Part shown: positions 7,698 through 17,357 of the stretch, in pieces
Position numbering within the stretch: position 1 is the first letter of the stretch
How the letters are laid out: each line of letters opens with the position of its first letter
Origin: Dehalococcoidia bacterium
Lineage (GTDB): Bacteria; Chloroflexota; Dehalococcoidia; Lucifugimonadales; JADFKI01
Assembly: GCA_965200085.1 (NCBI GenBank)
Contig: OZ241333.1
Coordinates: 2,403,704 to 2,467,703, forward strand
Length of the DNA: 64,000 nucleotides
Reading direction: 5' to 3'
Notes under the pieces: model-generated
Database searches by the model: none
The model's input: only the letters and a program-made list of their open reading frames with translations
Told to the model about the DNA's origin: nothing
Translations under genes and position numbers: made by a program

Positions 7698-8048
7698 ATG
7701 CCTATTATCAACAGGGACGATTACGAAAAACAGGAGCTTTCGCCCGGAGTTGATCGCTGGGCGCTGGTTGACGGCGAGAAAGGCTCGGATTCAACGAGCG
7801 TCGGGGATGTTGTCTTGGGCGTGGACGGCATTGTGCCCACACATATTCATCCAACGGAAGAGGCAATGGTAATTCTGGAAGGCGAACTGGATGCCATATT
7901 GGGAAACGAGACAATTCCTGTGCGCGAGGGACAGACCGTGCTTGCTCCGGCAGGTGTGCGGCACGGCTTCGTGAATCGATCAGGCTCGCCCGCGCGGGTT
8001 CTTGCCATCTTTCCCACCGCGAATATGGAACGCACTCTGGTCGATTAA
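7698..8048 (+). CDS. Cupin-domain protein
   Basis: HIHPTEEAMVILEGELDA...GQTVLAPAGVRHGFVN matches cupin motifs 1 and 2. ATG 7698 follows GAAGGGA. The track start at 7638 overlaps the tRNA. Confidence 0.8.
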   Translation: MPIINRDDYEKQELSPGVDRWALVDGEKGSDSTSVGDVVLGVDGIVPTHIHPTEEAMVILEGELDAILGNETIPVREGQTVLAPAGVRHGFVNRSGSPARVLAIFPTANMERTLVD

Positions 8049-8102
8049 ATCTGCCACCATACTTATATTCATCAACCTCGAAACAACTACCCAGGATTGG
8101 CG

Positions 8103-9263
8103 ATGCAGCAATTGGACAAACAAGTCCGCGAAACATCCGAGAATGTCAAAGAGCTGTCAGCGCGGTTCGCGCAGGAACGCGCGGAGCGGCAGAGGCGGCG
8201 CTCACTCGATAAAGCAGATTTCGATGCGCTGTTCGATGCAGGTTTTCATCTGACAGGCGTGCCCCCGGATATGGGCGGATTAAACGGCGGCGTTGCTGAG
8301 TTTACGAGGCCGTTGTGCGAGATGCTGCGGATACTGGCAAAGGGCGATCCAAGCGTCTCTTTGGTCGCATCGATGCACCCGGCGGTCATCGGCGGATGGC
8401 TGGAGGTTCCGCAGGCTCCCCCACCCTATAGCGATGCCTGGGAACAGCAGCGCCGGACCGTGTTCGTGAGCGCGCGCGAAGGCTGCTGGTGGGGCACTAT
8501 CATATCAGAGCCGGGCAGCGGCGGCGATCCCTCCAAGAGCCGCGCGGTGGCAAAACTACATCCGTCGAACGGCAAGTACCTTATCAGCGGTCAGAAGCAC
8601 TTCGGCAGCGGCTCCGGCATCACTTCGTTCATGATTACGCAGGCAGTGCCGGAAGGCGAATCGGCGCCCGATGTGTTCTATATGGATATGCGCGGAGTGC
8701 CGTGGGACGGCTCAGCAGGCGCAACCCTGACACGGGCATGGGACGGGCACGGCATGACGGCTACACAGAGCCACGCTATGGACTTTGACGATATGCCCGG
8801 AATACGCGCTGCCTGGCCCGACAATCGAGCACGCATAAGAGCGCGTGAGACTGCGGGACGTCCGGCGGGGCACTTATTCACATCGGTGATTGTGGGAGTT
8901 GTACAGGCAGCGGTCGAGAGCGCGCGTGAGCAGGTGCGTGGAAAGAAAGCTTCGATGCGCCCGTTTGAGCAGGTGGAATGGTCGCGCGTGGAGATGGAGG
9001 CTTGGCTGATTGAGCAGGCATACGAGGGCGTTCTGCGGGATGTGGAGAGCGGCAGCGGCGCTGCATCGCGCAGCGGTCTTCTGTGCAAGGAGGCTGTGGC
9101 TGAATTGGCGGAATCCGTGATGTCGAGGATAAGCAAGGTAGTCGGAGGCGGCGCGTACTCGCGGAGTTCGCCTTACGGCTTCTGGCTTCAGGATGTTCGC
9201 GCTCTTGGGTTCCTAAGACCGCCCTGGGGATTCGCATTTGACCGCATCTTTGAAGGCAGCTGA
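8103..9263 (+). CDS. Acyl-CoA dehydrogenase-family flavoprotein (divergent)
   Basis: About 386 aa. GVPPDMGGL, WWGTIISEPGSGGDPSKS, SGQKHFGSG and the C-terminal helical domain resemble ACAD or ACAD-like oxygenases. ATG 8103 follows AGGA. Confidence 0.6.
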   Translation: MQQLDKQVRETSENVKELSARFAQERAERQRRRSLDKADFDALFDAGFHLTGVPPDMGGLNGGVAEFTRPLCEMLRILAKGDPSVSLVASMHPAVIGGWLEVPQAPPPYSDAWEQQRRTVFVSAREGCWWGTIISEPGSGGDPSKSRAVAKLHPSNGKYLISGQKHFGSGSGITSFMITQAVPEGESAPDVFYMDMRGVPWDGSAGATLTRAWDGHGMTATQSHAMDFDDMPGIRAAWPDNRARIRARETAGRPAGHLFTSVIVGVVQAAVESAREQVRGKKASMRPFEQVEWSRVEMEAWLIEQAYEGVLRDVESGSGAASRSGLLCKEAVAELAESVMSRISKVVGGGAYSRSSPYGFWLQDVRALGFLRPPWGFAFDRIFEGS

Positions 9264-9288
9264 TAGAGGTAGTACATTGAATCGAGAA

Positions 9289-10554
9289 ATGTCCACGAAG
9301 TTGTATGATACCGCTAGAGGCATAATTCCCGGCGGTGTAAACAGTCCGGCGCGCTCCTGGGGCGCAGTGGGCGGAAGTCCGCTCTTCCTAACAAGAGGAG
9401 CAGGCAGCAGAGTCTGGGATGCGGACGGCAACGAATATATCGACTATGTATGCTCGTGGGGACCTCTAATCCTCGGACACGCTAACGAACGAGTAATAGC
9501 GGAAATAACCCGGGCAGCACATGACGGTACAAGCTTCGGCGCACCGACCGAGCGCGAGAACGAAATTGCTCAAATAGTAGTGGATGCCTATGAGTCCATC
9601 GACATGGTGCGCTTTGTTAACTCCGGCACCGAGGCGACTATGAGCGCGCTGAGGCTGGCGCGCGCGTACACCCGCAGGCCCAAAATCGTCAAGTTTGAAG
9701 GCGGATACCACGGACATTCGGACGCACTGCTGGTCGCAGCTGGCTCAGGCGCACTCGCGCATGGCGTACCGGACAGCGCGGGCGTTACCGAATCATTTGC
9801 ACAGGACACGCTTCTATCGAAGTATAACGATCTATCGTCAGTAGAAGCGCACTTTGACGCATTCCCGAACGATATAGCCTGTGTCATCGTTGAACCTGTC
9901 GCAGGCAATATGGGTGTTGTTCCACCTCAGGACGGATTCCTGCAAGGACTTCGAGATTTGACTGCGAAGAACGGCACGCTGCTGATTTTCGATGAGGTAA
10001 TCACCGGATTTCGAGTGGACTACGGAGGCGCACAGCAGCGATACGGCATCAGTCCTGATATAACCTGCCTAGGAAAAATTATCGGCGGCGGAATGCCTGT
10101 CGGAGCATACGGCGGCAGCGCCGATATTATGGCAACCGTTGCCCCGCTGGGCGCGATGTATCAGGCAGGAACGCTGTCCGGCAATCCTGTGGCGATGGCG
10201 GCGGGAATTGCAACTTTGAAGCAGCTGCAGGAACCCGGTGTGTACAATGCGCTCGGCGCTAAAGCGGCATCGCTCGCGGCTGGTATGCAGGAAGTGTTCG
10301 CCGAAGCAGAAGTTCCCCTGCGAATCAACCGCGTCGGGTCAATGATGACTATGTTTTTCAACTCCAATGAAGTGAACGGCTGGGATACGGTGTCCACATC
10401 GGACAGCGAGGGTTTTGGGCGCTTCTTCCACAGGATGCTTGAAGAGGGCGTTTACCTGCCGCCGTCTCCTTTCGAGGCGATGTTTGTGTCCACGGCGCAC
10501 AGCGATGCTGATATCGAAGCGACGCTTGACGCCGCGCGGAGGGCATTAGGATAG
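9289..10554 (+). CDS. hemL: Glutamate-1-semialdehyde 2,1-aminomutase
   Basis: IPGGVNSPARSW, YIDYVCSWGPLILGH, FDEVITGFR and CLGKIIGGGMPVGAYGG identify HemL. The start could instead be TTG 9277, which has AGAGG 7 nt upstream. Confidence 0.92.
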   Translation: MSTKLYDTARGIIPGGVNSPARSWGAVGGSPLFLTRGAGSRVWDADGNEYIDYVCSWGPLILGHANERVIAEITRAAHDGTSFGAPTERENEIAQIVVDAYESIDMVRFVNSGTEATMSALRLARAYTRRPKIVKFEGGYHGHSDALLVAAGSGALAHGVPDSAGVTESFAQDTLLSKYNDLSSVEAHFDAFPNDIACVIVEPVAGNMGVVPPQDGFLQGLRDLTAKNGTLLIFDEVITGFRVDYGGAQQRYGISPDITCLGKIIGGGMPVGAYGGSADIMATVAPLGAMYQAGTLSGNPVAMAAGIATLKQLQEPGVYNALGAKAASLAAGMQEVFAEAEVPLRINRVGSMMTMFFNSNEVNGWDTVSTSDSEGFGRFFHRMLEEGVYLPPSPFEAMFVSTAHSDADIEATLDAARRALG

Positions 10555-10664
10555 ACGGACAGAGGAACACACGGAACTAATAGTAATACGCGCAATCGTT
10601 TGCATCACTTTGTCGCCGACTGCTGCAGAACTATCTTCCTATTGCTGAATGAAATCATAAGTCG

Positions 10665-11336
10665 CTACGAGTAACAAGAGCGAATCGCAGCTATCCCTTC
10701 GGCAACGCTCATGCGATCGTTGTACACGGCAGAGCCGGCCACTAGCACATTCGCTCCCGCAGATACTACGCTGCCAGCTGTGCTTGCGCTAATGCCGCCG
10801 TCCACTTGAAGATCTATCTCCAAACCCCGCTCCTGTATCATCGCACGCACGCGGCATATCTTGTCCAGCATGGATGGTATGAACGACTGCCCGCCGAAGC
10901 CAGGGTTAACAGTCATAACAAGAACTTGATCAATATCACCGATCACCTCTTCGATTGCCGCAACAGGCGTGGCGGGGCTGACAGCAACACTTGGCTTCTT
11001 GCCTGCTTCTCTTATCTGATGAACGGTGCGATGCAGGTGGGTACAGGCTTCGGCGTGAACCGTGATAACGTCCGCCCCCGCTATAGCAAAATCATTTATG
11101 TATCTATCGGGAGCGTCAATCATCAAATGCAGGTCAAAGGGCAAGCTCGTCCAGCGCCGTATAGCCTCAACTATCATCGGACCCATTGTGATGTTGGGCA
11201 CGAAATTGCCGTCCATAATGTCGATATGTATAGCATCCGCGCCACCTTGCTCTGCCTCTGCGACCTGCTCACCCAGCCGGCTAAAATCAGCGGACAGGAT
11301 GGATGGAGCTATCTTAATACGGCGTTCAGCTGTCAT
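10665..11336 (-). CDS. rpe: Ribulose-phosphate 3-epimerase
   Basis: [35 protein letters not shown] and [14 protein letters not shown] identify Rpe. ATG 11336 overlaps the argH stop by 11 nt. Confidence 0.92.
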   Translation of the reverse strand: MTAERRIKIAPSILSADFSRLGEQVAEAEQGGADAIHIDIMDGNFVPNITMGPMIVEAIRRWTSLPFDLHLMIDAPDRYINDFAIAGADVITVHAEACTHLHRTVHQIREAGKKPSVAVSPATPVAAIEEVIGDIDQVLVMTVNPGFGGQSFIPSMLDKICRVRAMIQERGLEIDLQVDGGISASTAGSVVSAGANVLVAGSAVYNDRMSVAEGIAAIRSCYS

Positions 11337-12693
11337 TCTCAGTCTCCAGTTCAGCCCTCGCGTCGGCGATTGCTTGCTGCACTCTTCGGAAAGCGGTTCC
11401 ACCCTTTACATCCCTAGCCGATACGGAGGAATCTACACTTATTGCGAGCACATCATCGTCGAACAGCGTGGAGAAACCCCGGTACTCATTCAGGGTCAGC
11501 TGCTCGAACTGAACATCACGATCTACCGCATACTGCGATAAGCGAGCAACCACGCCGTGCGCCTCGCGGAATGGCATACCTTTATCCACAAGGTAATCCG
11601 CGATGTCCGTGGCGAGCGCATAGCTGTCCTGCGCCGCAGCGCGCATCTTATCAGGTCTTATGCTCATCTTCGCAACCATATCGGCAAAAATCGTCAGTGT
11701 AGCAAGCAAGGTATCGTAGGTATCGAAGAAACCTTCTTTGTCCTCTTGCATATCACGGTTGTATGTAAGCGGCAAGCCTTTCATCAAAGTGAGCAAAGCC
11801 ATCAGACTACCGTACACCCTCCCCGTTTTTCCGCGCGCAAGCTCCGCGAAGTCCGGGTTGCGTTTCTGAGGCATGATACTGCTGCCGGTCGTGTAATCTT
11901 CACTAATGCGAATAAAAGCGAACTCATCCGACGACCACAGCACAAGCTCCTCCGCCATCCGCGAGAGATGCATCATACATATCGATGCTGCGGCTTGGAA
12001 ATCCAGCAAGAAGTCTCTATCGGCGACAGCATCCATACTATTGCGGGAAACGCGGGCGAATCCCAGTTCTTTCGCCACGAACTCACGATCTACTGGATAT
12101 GGCAGCCCAGCCAAAGCGCCGCTTCCAAGAGGCATCACATCGGCGCGTGCAGACGCCTGTCGGAAGCGCTCGGAATCACGCCCAAGCATTTCGAAGTAGG
12201 CGAGCATATGGTGCGCGAACAGCACCGGCTGAGCGCGCTGCACATGTGTATAGCCGGGCATAACGACATCTGCGTTTGCATCAGACTGGTTGATCAGCGA
12301 CTTTCTGAGTTCAAAAATTGCGCGCAGAATCTCACTTATAGCGTCCTTAGCAAACATCCGAACATCCAGAGCAATCTGGTCATTGCGAGAGCGTGCAGTA
12401 TGCAGTCTGCCCGCAATATCGCCTATCTTCTCGTGCAGACGCTGCTCCACGTTCATGTGGATGTCTTCGAGTTCAGGCCGCCAAGTGAAGATACCGTCTT
12501 CAATCTCTCGTCGAATTTCGCGCAGTCCTTGAGTGATCGCATCAGCGTCACTGTGCGTGATAATCCCCTGCTTAGCAAGCATCCGGGCGTGGGCGATTGA
12601 ACCTGCAATATCTTGGCGATACAACCTGCGGTCGTATTGGATGGAGACGGTGTAAGCTGAGGATACTTCTCGCATCCCACCGAGACTAGTCAT
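11326..12693 (-). CDS. argH: Argininosuccinate lyase
   Basis: [39 protein letters not shown] and [12 protein letters not shown] identify ArgH. ATG 12693 (MTSLGG...) fits the family N-terminus better than the TTG at 12741. Confidence 0.92.
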   Translation of the reverse strand: MTSLGGMREVSSAYTVSIQYDRRLYRQDIAGSIAHARMLAKQGIITHSDADAITQGLREIRREIEDGIFTWRPELEDIHMNVEQRLHEKIGDIAGRLHTARSRNDQIALDVRMFAKDAISEILRAIFELRKSLINQSDANADVVMPGYTHVQRAQPVLFAHHMLAYFEMLGRDSERFRQASARADVMPLGSGALAGLPYPVDREFVAKELGFARVSRNSMDAVADRDFLLDFQAAASICMMHLSRMAEELVLWSSDEFAFIRISEDYTTGSSIMPQKRNPDFAELARGKTGRVYGSLMALLTLMKGLPLTYNRDMQEDKEGFFDTYDTLLATLTIFADMVAKMSIRPDKMRAAAQDSYALATDIADYLVDKGMPFREAHGVVARLSQYAVDRDVQFEQLTLNEYRGFSTLFDDDVLAISVDSSVSARDVKGGTAFRRVQQAIADARAELETENDS

Positions 12694-13189
12694 CGGACTG
12701 AGCGGCGCCGGCTGGTGATTCGACTTGGCGCTTTTTGACAAGGAAGCGCCGCCTAAGCGTCAGCACCTTTTCGCCGCGCTGGTTAATGCCGCGTGATTCC
12801 ATATAGACGATTCCCCTGTCCGGACGGCTCTTCGACACACGCACATCCAGGATTTCACTCTCGGCGTAGATAGTGTCTCCTTCAAATGTTGGGCCGTCGT
12901 GTGTGGCATTTTCGTATTCTAGGTTGGCGATCGCCTTGCCTGAAGTGTCCCGCACGCTGATGCCGACGACAAGACTGAAGACCAGCATGCCGTTGACCAA
13001 TATCTTGCCATGCGGATGATCTTTCATATAGTTTTCGTCGAAATGCAGAGGATTGGTGTTCATCGTCAGCAGCGTAAACAGATGATTGTCCATCGCTGTG
13101 ATGGTCTTGCCGGGCCAGTGCTTGAACACATCACCAGGCTTGAAGTCATCCAAGTATCCGCCGAAAGCATCTCGGCCGTCGTGAATCAT
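12686..13189 (-). CDS. MaoC-like (R-specific enoyl-CoA) hydratase/dehydratase, hotdog fold
   Basis: FTLLTMNTNPLHFDENY, VNGMLVFSLVVG and RGIVYMESRGINQRGEKV are MaoC-like. ATG 13189 is preceded by AAGGTG. Confidence 0.75.
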   Translation of the reverse strand: MIHDGRDAFGGYLDDFKPGDVFKHWPGKTITAMDNHLFTLLTMNTNPLHFDENYMKDHPHGKILVNGMLVFSLVVGISVRDTSGKAIANLEYENATHDGPTFEGDTIYAESEILDVRVSKSRPDRGIVYMESRGINQRGEKVLTLRRRFLVKKRQVESPAGAAQSDD

Positions 13190-13290
13190 AATCTTTTTCA
13201 CCTTTAGAGTTGGGTTTATCCTCACTGCTTTGACACGCCTGCCGCTGTCATGGCATTTACCTTTATCCCTTATCAATTATCCCCAATTAA

Positions 13291-14448
13291 TCATATCTGA
13301 TACTTCTGCAGGAGACGCCGCGCGATTATCAGTTTCTGTATCTCATTAGTCCCTTCACCGATAATCATAAGGGGCGCATCTCTATAATAGCGTTCCAGCG
13401 GGTAGTCTTTAATATACCCGTACCCGCCGTGAATACGCATCGCCTCCATCGTAACCTCTCCACACATCTCACTAGCGAACAGTTTCGCCATACCCGCTTC
13501 GAGGTCAACACGCTCTCCGGAATCCTTCTTTCGTGCCGCTTCATAAGTAAGCAGCCGTGCCGCCTCGATGTTAGTCGCCATATCAGCGAGTTTCAGCTGA
13601 ATTGCCTGATGCTGCGCAATTGGCTGCCCGAATGTCTCGCGCTGCTGCGCGTACTTAATTGCAGCATCGAAGGCGGCAGTCGCGACCCCCACAGCACGAG
13701 CAGCGACATTAATGCGCCCGCCTTCAAGTCCGCTCATAACCTGTCGAAAGCCCTCTCCTTCCACTCCGCCAACCAGATTCTCGGTCGGAACACGCACATT
13801 ATCAAACACCAGTTCAGTCGTGTCTATACCACGATAGCCGAGCTTGTCTAGCTTCTGCGCGACTGTTAAGCCTGCCGCAGGTTTTTCTACGACAAAACAG
13901 CTTATCCCGCGGTGCGGCGGCTGAGTCGTTTTGTTCGTGCGTGCAAGAACCGCAAAGGCGTTGCCGTTTGCACCATTCGAGATAAACATCTTGTTGCCAT
14001 TGATGACATACTCTTCGCCGTCCTTTACGGCAGATGTCTGAAGGTTTTGCATATCGCTGCCACCGCCGGGCTCTGTCAGCGCCAACCCGCCGCGAATTAT
14101 GCCCTCTGCCATATTAGGCAGAAAACGCTGCTTCATCTCCTCAGTTCCATAGGTGGCAATGACATAGGCAAGAATATGGTGCGTCCCAATCGGACCTGTG
14201 AGACTCATCCAGCCCTTGCTCAGCTCCTCAAAGATCATCGCAAAGGTGGTATAGTCCAGCCCCAAACCACCATATTCTTCGGGAATCATGATGCCGAACA
14301 GGCCCATCTCAGCCATCTTATCCACAAGTTCTTGCGGATATATGTCTTCGTTCTCATAATAACTTGCGACGGGTTCGACATCGCGGCGAACGAACTCGCG
14401 CACGAGATTCGTCATCTGGTTGCGTGTTTCTGTCGAAGTAAGTGTCAT
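13291..14448 (-). CDS. Acyl-CoA dehydrogenase
   Basis: EEYGGLGLDY, LTEPGGGSDMQNL, FISNG, QRETFGQPIAQHQAIQ and YRDAPLMIIGEGTNEIQ are canonical ACAD motifs. Confidence 0.9.
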   Translation of the reverse strand: MTLTSTETRNQMTNLVREFVRRDVEPVASYYENEDIYPQELVDKMAEMGLFGIMIPEEYGGLGLDYTTFAMIFEELSKGWMSLTGPIGTHHILAYVIATYGTEEMKQRFLPNMAEGIIRGGLALTEPGGGSDMQNLQTSAVKDGEEYVINGNKMFISNGANGNAFAVLARTNKTTQPPHRGISCFVVEKPAAGLTVAQKLDKLGYRGIDTTELVFDNVRVPTENLVGGVEGEGFRQVMSGLEGGRINVAARAVGVATAAFDAAIKYAQQRETFGQPIAQHQAIQLKLADMATNIEAARLLTYEAARKKDSGERVDLEAGMAKLFASEMCGEVTMEAMRIHGGYGYIKDYPLERYYRDAPLMIIGEGTNEIQKLIIARRLLQKYQI

Positions 14449-14635
14449 ACAGTTCTACCTGCTCAATCTATATCGTTAGTACGGCACCGACACGGAAGCC
14501 TAAAGGCGTTCGCTCTGCTATGAGAATTACAAGCATGGCGCTCCAATTGACGCAGCGGTTAGCATAAGCGCCAATTCACGTGCCATTTCCAGCCTCGACT
14601 TTTCCAGGGACAAAGCATGTGAATATATGCCTGCT

Positions 14636-15898
14636 TCATCGCCCCAGTGCAGGATACTGCCTTGTACCCACGTTTTTGGACGATATTCCCAGAACCTTCA
14701 GAAAGCCTTCGGCATCAGAGTGGTCATAAGTACCCATTGCCTCCATGGAAGAGTCATCTGTGTAGAGCGAATGGGGCATCGCTTCCAGCGTATCCTCGGC
14801 TGTGTCGAAGTATATCCTTCCTTTGAACAGCCTCATGGATACGGTCCCGGTCGCAAGGCGCGTCATAGGTTCAAGCGCTGCCAGCGCGGATGTAGTCGCC
14901 AGATCAAGCCAGTACCCCTGATATATCTGAATGCTTATCACAGTCGACAAATATTCGAAGAGTTCGCGTGCGCGCCGATCCAGTATGAACTGCATCAGAT
15001 ATTCGTAGCTGCTGCCTAACAGTTCCATCGCAGGCGACTCATAGATGCCGCGCGACTTTACGCCCACAAACCTGTTCTCAACGACATGAGTTCCTATACC
15101 TACGCCGTGTGTACCTGCGATGCTGTTCGCCTGCTGAAACATATCGACCAGACTTATAGGATTGCCGTTAAGCGCAACAGGGACGCCCTGTTCCCAGCGA
15201 ATTGTAACCAATTCATACCTATCGGGAGCGTCCCAGGGCCAGACGCCCATTCCCGGCTCGACAAATGTGGGCGAAATCGAGACATCTTCAAGGTCGCCGG
15301 CTTCGTGTGTCAACCCTAGGAAGTTGGCATCGGTAGAGTAACGAGATTCACGCGAAGGTCTTATGGGAAGTTCGTTCGCTTCGCAGTAGTCTAGCATCTG
15401 CTGCCTTCCGGGAAACTGCTGCACAAACTCCGGATCACGCCACGGAGCATACACATGCAACGCCGGCTCCAGCGTGTTTGCCGTCAACTGAAAGCGCACC
15501 TGGTCATTGCCGCGCCCTGTAGCGCCATGAAACAGTACACCGATGTTTTCCGATTGCATCTCCGGCAAAATAGCTTCCACTGTAACAGGACGCGCGATAC
15601 CCGTAGTATTCCAGTAACCTCCTTCATATCGTGCCTGCGACTGTATGACCTTCAGTCCCGCCTCCGCAAGTGCGTCATGCGCCGGGATGATATGAGCGCT
15701 CTCTGCGCCGCAGCCGAGCATGCGATCCTTCACTGCGTCTAGGCTCTCCTCATCCGGCTGTCCGAGGTCAACCGTATAGCAGTGTACTGAAAAGCCCTTG
15801 CTCTTCAGCCAGTGCGTAACAGTGCAGCTGTCAAGTCCGCCGGATACGGCGCCTGCTATTTGCGTTATGTTGCTGTCTTTGAGTTCGCGCCAGTTCAT
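14636..15898 (-). CDS. argG: Argininosuccinate synthase
   Basis: AGAVSGGLDSCTV, FHGATGRGNDQVRF, NRFVGVKSRGIYE. Confidence 0.9.
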   Translation of the reverse strand: MNWRELKDSNITQIAGAVSGGLDSCTVTHWLKSKGFSVHCYTVDLGQPDEESLDAVKDRMLGCGAESAHIIPAHDALAEAGLKVIQSQARYEGGYWNTTGIARPVTVEAILPEMQSENIGVLFHGATGRGNDQVRFQLTANTLEPALHVYAPWRDPEFVQQFPGRQQMLDYCEANELPIRPSRESRYSTDANFLGLTHEAGDLEDVSISPTFVEPGMGVWPWDAPDRYELVTIRWEQGVPVALNGNPISLVDMFQQANSIAGTHGVGIGTHVVENRFVGVKSRGIYESPAMELLGSSYEYLMQFILDRRARELFEYLSTVISIQIYQGYWLDLATTSALAALEPMTRLATGTVSMRLFKGRIYFDTAEDTLEAMPHSLYTDDSSMEAMGTYDHSDAEGFLKVLGISSKNVGTRQYPALGR

Positions 15899-15964
15899 GG
15901 GTGGTTATGCTTCTTTCGTATTAAGTAGAGGTGAAAGTTTATAGAGTTTCTGAAATCGTGCTTC

Positions 15965-16381
15965 TTATGGCGATGCGTAGTATGACTTTATCCGTCTATC
16001 CAACGCATCTTTTTGCGCTTCGGTGATGTTCAACGTCTCCCGCTCAGATTCGATGCTGTGCCAAATCTTATCTATAAGCAGGATGCGTTCATTTATACTC
16101 ATCTTCTTGATGTCCAACCGCTCCCATACTTGGGTTAGGTAGTCCGTTTTCAGGTTATCGTACAAAAATTTGGGAGAGAAGTCGGCGCCGTTTTCCCAGC
16201 ATATCGTCCCTAGTTCTCTATCCAAGCGAACTGTCTTGAAGTAGTCAATCTCTTTGAGTTGTTCAAAGACCGGACCCCATAGTTCGTATTCTAAGTCAAT
16301 CTGCCCCTCTTTGCCGTCTTCAAACTTGAGCCATACTTTGTAGTCGGCGATATACTCATAATCTGTTAGTTCCGGAATCAT
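15965..16381 (-). CDS. DUF2442-domain protein fused to a C-terminal 'putative addiction module component' (Unstab_antitox-like) tail
   Basis: The DUF2442 part is YKVWLKFEDGKEGQIDLEYELWGPVFEQLKEIDYFKTVRLDRELGTICWENGADFSP. The antitoxin-component-like tail is SINERILLIDKIWHSIESERETLNITEAQKDALDRRIKSY. ATG 16381 lies 4 nt after the upstream stop. Confidence 0.75.
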   Translation of the reverse strand: MIPELTDYEYIADYKVWLKFEDGKEGQIDLEYELWGPVFEQLKEIDYFKTVRLDRELGTICWENGADFSPKFLYDNLKTDYLTQVWERLDIKKMSINERILLIDKIWHSIESERETLNITEAQKDALDRRIKSYYASP

Positions 16382-16385
16382 TAGT

Positions 16386-16643
16386 TTACTCCAGAGGTGC
16401 AATCTTTTTGACAGGCTTGCGATTTTGGACCAGTGTCCAATTCTCCATAAGTTCGTCCCGATGCCTATCATGCCATTCCTGAACTGCGCGGAGTTGTCGT
16501 CTTGGAAATTGGCCTTGAATCTCGCCATTCTGTATATCTACGGATATTTTATATCCGCTATATCTCGCATGGAAATGCGGCGGTGAATGATCCCTGTAAT
16601 ACATGACGATGACAATGCCCAGAAATCTGCTTATCTCAGGCAA
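16386..16643 (-). CDS. DUF4160-domain protein
   Basis: MPEISRFLGIVIVMYYRDHSPPHFHARYSGYKISVDI...LRAVQEWHDRHRDELMENW. The start is TTG, with AGGTAGGA upstream. Confidence 0.8.
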   Translation of the reverse strand: MPEISRFLGIVIVMYYRDHSPPHFHARYSGYKISVDIQNGEIQGQFPRRQLRAVQEWHDRHRDELMENWTLVQNRKPVKKIAPLE

Positions 16644-16652
16644 TAATTTGTC

Positions 16653-17357
16653 CTACCTAATACCAATGCCCAAGCGTTTCAATGTGTCTTTAGCCGATTG
16701 AAGCTGAACAGCCTGAGTTACTTCATCATCGCTCGGATCCATAATCAATCTGAAAGTCCCTTTCGGACTAACACGCCAGGCCTTCGGAGTCTGCCCTTTC
16801 TTAATGTAGTCGCCTATTTCACTACCATCCTTATTCATACTTTGATTAGAAGGTATCGTTGTAATTGAACTATGGGCAAATCGTCCTTTTGGGTTTTCCA
16901 AATATTCCCGCAAGTGTTTCCTTTTCCATTCATTCGGAATTATGTCTTGATTACAAAGTTCATAGATGGAATCCCAGAAGCTCATATCAGACATAGTAGA
17001 AGTAATTTTCGCGACCGCGCGACTACTTCCTCGATCCTTTACTTGCGCCTCACGCCACTCCAGCCACCATTTGAGCGACTTACGGCTCTCGCCGGAAGGG
17101 TTTCCTATGAGCAATGCTTTCACACTGATGTCTTCGTCAAGATCAGGCCAGTGTATGCCGCATCCGGATTCAATTATTTCCCAGTTGCTGCGTTCTACGG
17201 GCGTACCGTGCCACAAGCGCGGATACCACACCAGAGGTACGGATATAATGCGAGCGCCTTCCAAGCTAACCGACAACGCATCATCAGTAACGGACACATC
17301 CATCGCGCGTGCTCCGGATAATTTCGTCTTCACCAGCTCATAGTAAGAAGAATTCAT
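16653..17357 (-). CDS. DUF2442-domain protein with an unrecognised 129-aa C-terminal extension. The track ORF 16653-17522 looks like a frameshift-generated chimera with the upstream DUF4160 remnant.
   Basis: The DUF2442 core is VSVTDDALSVSLEGARIISVPLVWYPRLWHGTPVERSNWEIIESGCGIHWPDLDEDISVKALLIGNPSGESRKSLKWWLEWR. The likely native start is ATG 17357 (MNSSYYELV...), which overlaps the DUF4160 3' end by 20 nt. Confidence 0.65.
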   Translation of the reverse strand: MNSSYYELVKTKLSGARAMDVSVTDDALSVSLEGARIISVPLVWYPRLWHGTPVERSNWEIIESGCGIHWPDLDEDISVKALLIGNPSGESRKSLKWWLEWREAQVKDRGSSRAVAKITSTMSDMSFWDSIYELCNQDIIPNEWKRKHLREYLENPKGRFAHSSITTIPSNQSMNKDGSEIGDYIKKGQTPKAWRVSPKGTFRLIMDPSDDEVTQAVQLQSAKDTLKRLGIGIR

